In this document: piece by piece, positions 62,659 through 64,000 of the stretch
Layout: each line of letters opens with the position of its first letter
Position numbering within the stretch: the first letter of the stretch is position 1
Origin: Mobula birostris
Lineage: Eukaryota
Assembly (NCBI RefSeq): GCF_030028105.1
Contig: NC_092377.1
Location: forward strand, 53,756,952 to 53,820,951
Direction of reading: 5' to 3'
Length of the DNA stretch: 64,000 nt
Position numbers and translations under genes: made by a program
Notes under the pieces: model-generated
Database searches by the model: none
The model's input: only the letters and a program-made list of their open reading frames with translations
Told to the model about the DNA's origin: nothing

Positions 62659-63901
62659 CTGGACTATTCCTCTTCTCACCCTGTCTTTTGCAAAAATGCC
62701 ATCCTCTTCTCGCAATTCCTCCATCTCCGCCGCATCTGCTCTCAGGATGAGGCTTTTCATTCCAGGACGAGGGAGATATCCTCCTTTTTTAAAGAAAGGG
62801 GCTTCCCTTCCTCCACTATCAACTCTGCTCTCAAACGCATCTCCCCCATTTCACGCACATCTGCTCTCACTCCATCCTCCCGCCACCCCACTAGGAATAG
62901 GGTTCCCCTGGTCCTCACCTACCACCCCACCAGCCTCCGGGTCCAACATATTATTCTCCGTAACTTCCGCCACCTCCAACGGGATCCCACCACTAAGCAC
63001 ATCTTTCCCTCCCCCCCCCCGCTTTCCACAGGGATCGCTCCCTATGCGACTCCCTTGTCCATTCGTTCCCCCCATCCCTCCCCACTGATCTCCCTCCTGG
63101 CACTTATCCTTATAAGCGGAACAAGTGCTACGCGTGCCCTTACACTTCCTCCCTTACCACCATTCAGGGCCCCAGACAGTCCTTCCAGGTGAGGAGACCT
63201 GTGAGTCGGCTGGAGTGATATACTGCGTCCGGTGCTCCCGATGTGGCCTTCTGTATGTTGGCGAGACCCGACGCAGACTGGGAGACTGCTTTGCTAAACA
63301 CCTACGCTCTGTCCGCCAGAGAAAGCAGGATCTCCCAGTGGTCACACATTTTAATTCCACATCACATTCCCATTCTGACATGTCTATCCATGGCCTCCTC
63401 TACTGTAAAGATGAAGCTACACTCAGGTTGGAGGAACAACACCTTATATTCCATGTGGGTAGCCTCCAACCTGATGGCATGAACATCGACTCACTGGCTT
63501 CCGCTAGTGCCCCCCCCCTCAAACCCCACCCATTGTTTATTTTTATGCACACATTCTTTCTCTCTCTCTCTCCTTTTTCTCCCTCTGTCCCTCTGACTAT
63601 ACCCCTTGCCCATCCTCTGGGTTTCCCCCCTCCCCCTTTTCCTTCTCCCTGGGCCTCCTGTCCCATGATCCTCTCATATCCCTTTTGCCAATCAACTGTC
63701 CAGCTCTTGGCTCTATCTATCCCTCCCCCTCCTGTCTTCTCCTATCATTTTGGATCTCCCCTCCCCGTCCCACTTTCAAATCTCTTACTAACGCTTCTTT
63801 CAGTTAGTCCTGACAAAGGGTCTTGGCCTGAAACGTCGACTGTACCTCTTCCTAGAGATGCTGCCTGGCCTGCTGCGTTCACCAGCAACTTTGATGTGTG
63901 T
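62659..63901 (+). mobile_element. Neptune-type PLE, 3' portion
   Basis: LDYSSSHP..SQFLHLRRICS, GVIYCVRCSRCGLLYVGET. Hammerhead at 63806-63842 with a CTGACAA core mutation. Ends GATGTGTGT. Confidence 0.92.
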
Positions 63902-63921
63902 CACTGAGAAATGACACCGGA

Positions 63922-64000
63922 GCAATGGCAGACAATGAGTATTTTGTGTCAGTCTTCACTGTGGAAGACACTAGCAATCTGCCAGTAATTCAAGAGTGTC
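63922..64000 (+). mobile_element. CR1 ORF2 fragment running off the window
   Basis: AATGAGTATTTTGTGTCAGTCTTCACTGTGGAAGAC (NEYFVSVFTVED). Confidence 0.65.

Noticed and set aside
49652-64000. Preceding NRXN1 exon (..GSDDFFYVGG..CLKE)
   Set aside because: Not found in the ORF track or by reading; presumably beyond 64000.
1-64000. CRISPR array, prokaryotic operon or endogenous virus
   Set aside because: No regularly spaced repeats and no prokaryotic or viral proteins. All long ORFs are explained by NRXN1 exons or transposons.

Overview
Vertebrate genomic DNA, most likely from a cartilaginous fish (inferred from the repeat content: CR1, V-SINE, Rex1 and Neptune-type Penelope). The window lies inside a neurexin-1-alpha (NRXN1) gene on the minus strand. 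Two consecutive coding exons have canonical splice sites: 49651-49213 (439 nt, end of LNS2 and most of LNS3) and 14617-14234 (384 nt, end of LNS3 plus EGF2). They are separated by a 34.6-kb intron. The rest is intronic and rich in decayed transposons: many CR1 LINEs, Rex1 LINEs, one L1/Tx1, a Gypsy remnant with nested insertions, two solo LTRs, a Tigger-like element, V-SINEs, CORE-type SINEs and RTE-like non-autonomous elements. The most striking structure is at 54431-59736. It is a palindromic Neptune-type Penelope-like element (PLE) into whose 3' repeat a second palindromic PLE of a sister subfamily has inserted, with a 12-bp target-site duplication. The arms carry minimal hammerhead-ribozyme motifs, two of them intact and in the sense of the NRXN1 pre-mRNA. 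Each palindrome has one short and one 36-nt-longer 3' end. No prokaryotic features or CRISPR arrays are present. Repeat family assignments come from motif recognition by eye and repeat boundaries are approximate unless a TSD is given.
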